DNA from: Saccostrea echinata
Taxonomy: Eukaryota
DNA: 64,000 nt
Assembly (NCBI RefSeq): GCF_033153115.1
Contig: NW_026889777.1
Location: 15,190,001 to 15,254,000, forward strand
Direction of reading: 5' to 3'
Shown here piece after piece: positions 60,258-64,000 of the stretch. A program made the position numbers and the translations under genes. The notes below the pieces were generated by a model, which was not told the origin of the DNA, searched no databases, and saw nothing but the letters and a program-made list of their open reading frames with translations. Position 1 is the stretch's first letter; each line of letters starts with the position of its first letter.

Positions 60258-60679
60258 GTAATACTTTGTTCGAGGGGTTAGCACCTAAGATTATTGTTGC
60301 GTCTGTTTTTCATTAAGTGTATCTCCTATGATAAAGAATTAAATTAGAAAAAAAAAGTACAGATGGCACTTACCTTGTTTCTTAGTAAAAGCCAGATAAA
60401 TTCGACCTTTTTGCACTTAGGAAAAGATTTAGATATTAATTAAACTACTGCCATTAAAATTTATTATAAACATGATTATACAATTCATGTAAATAAATTC
60501 TTAAGGATAGTATTATAAGTTTTGGTCAAAAAAAGAATTATAATCCTTGAAGTCAAAAATTATTAATCGTGACCTTTTTGCACTTAAAGATAAGAAAATG
60601 TAACATGAATAAGGTTTCTAAAATTGGAGAAGGAGCACTGTCATTTAAAAAAAATGCATGAATATTATTGTTATATCTT

Positions 60680-60720
<41 letters not shown>

Positions 60721-62199
60721 TATATTCAACACAAAATCATTGGGTCACTTTTTCATTTTTTCAAGTTCTTGAAGTTATATATAAAATTTCAATGAAAAAA
60801 TTGAATTTATTTTTCAAGAGTTTTTCGGATTGTGAGCCTTGTGTTTTTGAAAAAAATAATATCGAATGACTTGATTTCAAATTCCATAAATTAGATTTAA
60901 CATTAGTCTCTACTCTTCTTCTGATGTCTGAAAAAATAATAGTGCATAACGAGTTACTTAAATGACTTATCGCATGTTTTTCAATGACCTGAAATTAAAA
61001 GCAAATTATGTTCCTTATGTTCACAGTTTATCAAAATTGTCTTTTTATTGCGAATTTTTTTTAGAGTTAATTAGATAGCAATAACGTGATAATTTGACGT
61101 CAAAGTTGACAATGATCAGCTGTTGACGTTGATCGTACTGAAATTTACGTGAGACAAACTAGCTTTTCTGTATTATAGATGACCAAATCACTGATTTTGT
61201 CGACATGATGTTGAATTCCCAAATCTTATATGTTTGAAATGTCGTCAATAGAAATCTGTAAACACGGTAAAATTAACAGCATGATAGGGAGGGATACGCG
61301 CCGACGCCTCTGCAATAATAGTTGATTTGTCATCTTATCTCTCTTATAAAACTTTTTATTCTCAAATTAAGCATAGAGAAACTTTACTAATTTAATTAAA
61401 ATATAATATTAATTTAATACAAGTATAACTGCAGTGTATAACATTGTTTGTTTTATAAAGGATGGCAGTGTTGAATAATAATCTCTCCATTACAAAGCTT
61501 TACAGTAATTAGAGCTGATTATACAAATATATATTCTAAATGTTTAAAATAACAAACAGAACAAGCAGAAAATTTTCTCAAACTCTTGGATTCGGTTAAA
61601 TGAAATAAACTAAAAATTTACTTTTCACATAAAAAAAAATAACTTTAATCAATTTATATTGTAAAAAAGCGACCGAATCATCGTCGTGAATAATACCTGA
61701 GTTGAAAGCTGAAGATGACGGGATGCATACTAATTACTTTATCTTTTATAATCATAGACTACCGGTACAATTAAAATGGAAAAGCACCGCTATAACATGG
61801 CAAGTTTATTCGTGCATTTCTGTTTTTTTTTTTACTTAGATACTTGCATAAAAACACCATGTACATCAACGCCATAGTCCCGATATAGTGCATAAATACC
61901 TTATTCCATGATTGTACTTTAAATTAGACCTAGTTCAAATTTTAATAGTAATTGAAAAGCAAGTAACGAAATTTTTCAGCATTTTTCGCATTATATGCTG
62001 CATTTGTAATTGATAAATCGTTGAGAGTAGACAGATGCTTGTTTTTCTATCACTGAAATGTCGCATATGTCTTCACAGCAGTATGGAACCGAATTCCGAA
62101 TGAAATATGCATATCGCCGTATTTGAACTCACAAATATCGCTTAAAATATGCTTGCAACAACGTTTATTGTATCAATATTAAAAACAAACAAGGTTGTA

Positions 62200-63195
62200 G
62201 ATGAAATATGGTGATAATGAACAGTATTCAACCTCAAAAGTCCATTGAAGCAATAAAACTCGGGAGCGGAGCAAAAACGGACCTCTTGAAAACACCAGAG
62301 GTGGGATCAGTTGCCATGGAGGAGTAAACATCCTCTGCCGAGCGGTCACACCCGCAGTATGCTCATTGTCATGATCGGAAAAACTGATAAATCCATTGAT
62401 ATTTCAGTGTTAGAATAATTGCCTAACAATTAGTATGAAAAATATCAGTCAGCATTCGACTAAATGATAGATTGGTTTCGTTGACAAGGTCATTACGACT
62501 TGCGAAATGACGACTTTAAACGAGACTGTTGATATCCTTGTTTCATCAACTTGTTTGTCAATAGCTTGCCTCGTTTTAGAAGATGAACCAACATTTTACG
62601 ATCAAGTAACTAAAGTTACTAGAACTTAAAAGACATTAATGGTAACCTAACAACAAAGCTTTATGATAAACGTGATGACTTCAATTTTTCAATCGTCATC
62701 TTCCCTTATTTATAATTATGTAGCAATATATCCTTATCACCTGTATATGGGGTTTTTGTCTCCCAGTTGATTCGATACGCAAGAGCATGCTCTACGTATG
62801 AACAATTTCTAAAACGAGGCAAGCTATTGACAAACAAGTTGATGAAACAGGGATATCAACTGTCTCTTTTGAAGTCATCATTACGCATGTTTTATGGTCG
62901 ATACAATGACCTTGTAAGCAGATACAACCTATAAATAAGTCAAATGCTGACTGACTTTCTTCATACTAATTGTTAGACGATTATCTACACACTGGAATGT
63001 CTACGGATTTTTCCGGATTTTTTTCCGATCATGACAATGAGCACACGGCGGGTGCGACCGGTCGGTAGGGAATGCTCTCTCCTCCATGGCACCTGATCCC
63101 ACCTCTGATGTTTTTGGAGGTCCGTGTTTGCTCTGCTCCCGATTTGTATTGTTTAATGGACTTTGAGCTTGAATACTTTTCATTATCTCCATATT
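62200..63195. mobile_element. Penelope-like retroelement fragments in inverted arrangement (- copy about 62200-62595; + copy about 62630-63195)
   Basis: The + copy encodes TTKLYDKRDDFNFSIV..SNI..YGVFVSQLIRYARACSTYEQFLKRGKLLTNKLMKQGY..FYGRYNDL and the shared 3' motif; the - copy is the reverse complement of the same 3' region. Confidence 0.8.
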
Positions 63196-63702
63196 TCATT
63201 TATCTATTTTAATGGGTATATTAACATCTTAAATTTATTTTTCATCAGAGTGATCAGTGAAATATTAAGTAATATTAACATAATACATAAGATAGAGCTA
63301 CATGTACTTGTATTTGCTTTTTTACTGATTTGTGCCAATATCTTGAAAGATTTTTCTCCCTCTCTTTATCTCTCGGAGGTTGGGGGCGGTGGTATTGCTA
63401 AGGTATTGTCCTACTTTTTGTCTTACTTTTCGTATCCTCTACAGCTACATAATTATAGACGTCTTACGCCATTTCATTGTATTACCCTAGCTTTTTCTTT
63501 CTTAGTATTAAAAAGATATTTGAAAATCTTATGTTTGTATTTTCTTGATTTTTTTCTCTGATTCTGTATAGATATCTAGTATGATCTTTTGGTTGTTTTG
63601 GTTTGGTTTTTCTCGGACTGTTTATAGCTTAAATTGTTCACTTTTTACTTTCGACTCTATTAATATTTGGACATCATAGTTGTATTTTTTGACTCTACAT
63701 AG

Positions 63703-63846
63703 ATATCTGGACCAGTTGGAGTTCCTGGAGTTGTCCCACCATGTGTACCACGCAGACACTGACCAGAACTAGGTCATGTAACAGACCTGTTGAATGTTCC
63801 GAGTCCCCTAAGGAATCTAATAATTGCTCGTCTGTAGGATGTCCCA
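63703..63846 (+). CDS. Internal exon encoding a thrombospondin type-1 repeat (same gene as the SUEL exon; gene continues beyond the window)
   Basis: tacatag|...|gtgagt, 144 nt, phase 1-1, open: DIWTSWSSWSCPTMCTTQTLTRTRSCNRPVECSESPKESNNCSSVGCP (WxxWxxW, RxRxC, six Cys). Not in the ORF track. Confidence 0.82.
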
Positions 63847-64000
63847 GTGAGTAATGTTCAGTAAAATATACGTCAATACATTGCCTTCAGGGCGAGGATT
63901 TTAAAACTTTTCGCGAAAAGCGTAAAGCGTAATGATTGTTGCACTGATTTATATATAATATTTTTGCACCTTTTTATGTAGTCTTTTTAGTAGTTTTTCA

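Noticed and set aside
63163-63561. 132-aa hydrophobic ORF (also 57392-57688 and 60624-60869)
   Set aside because: Low-complexity T-rich or microsatellite intronic/intergenic sequence; no domain signal.

Overview
AT-rich eukaryotic genomic DNA with spliced genes and two N gaps. The repeat landscape and gene content point to a bivalve mollusc, most likely an oyster (inference). Host genes reconstructed by hand from splice sites and phases: two tandem intronless non-alpha nicotinic-receptor-like Cys-loop channels (1.8-5.2 kb, -); a 5-exon PRD-class Q50 homeobox gene (7.7-11.5 kb, +); a 2-exon carotenoid-cleavage oxygenase with an unexpected N-terminal signal peptide (14.8-17.0 kb, +); a 12-exon signal peptide-(FN3-like/CUB)x4 gene whose GPI-anchor-like hydrophobic tail lies just behind a UGA-CUA stop (19.6-27.7 kb, -); an intronless GT31 beta-1,3-galactosyltransferase (29.4-30.4 kb, -); and SUEL-lectin and TSP1 exons of a gene that runs off the right edge (60-64 kb, +). 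A full-length but decayed BEL/Pao LTR retrotransposon (40972-52146) carries two nested DNA elements. One is a 3.2-kb TTAA-target, GG...CC-terminus (Kolobok-type) transposon encoding a transposase remnant fused to a TREX1/PML-like DEDDh exonuclease; the other is a mariner-like MITE. The rest is Penelope-like fragments, Helentron-type non-autonomous elements, long hairpins, a V-domain SINE, MITEs and microsatellites. Top leads: the exonuclease-carrying transposon, the candidate readthrough-controlled GPI switch, and the candidate secretory-pathway carotenoid oxygenase.
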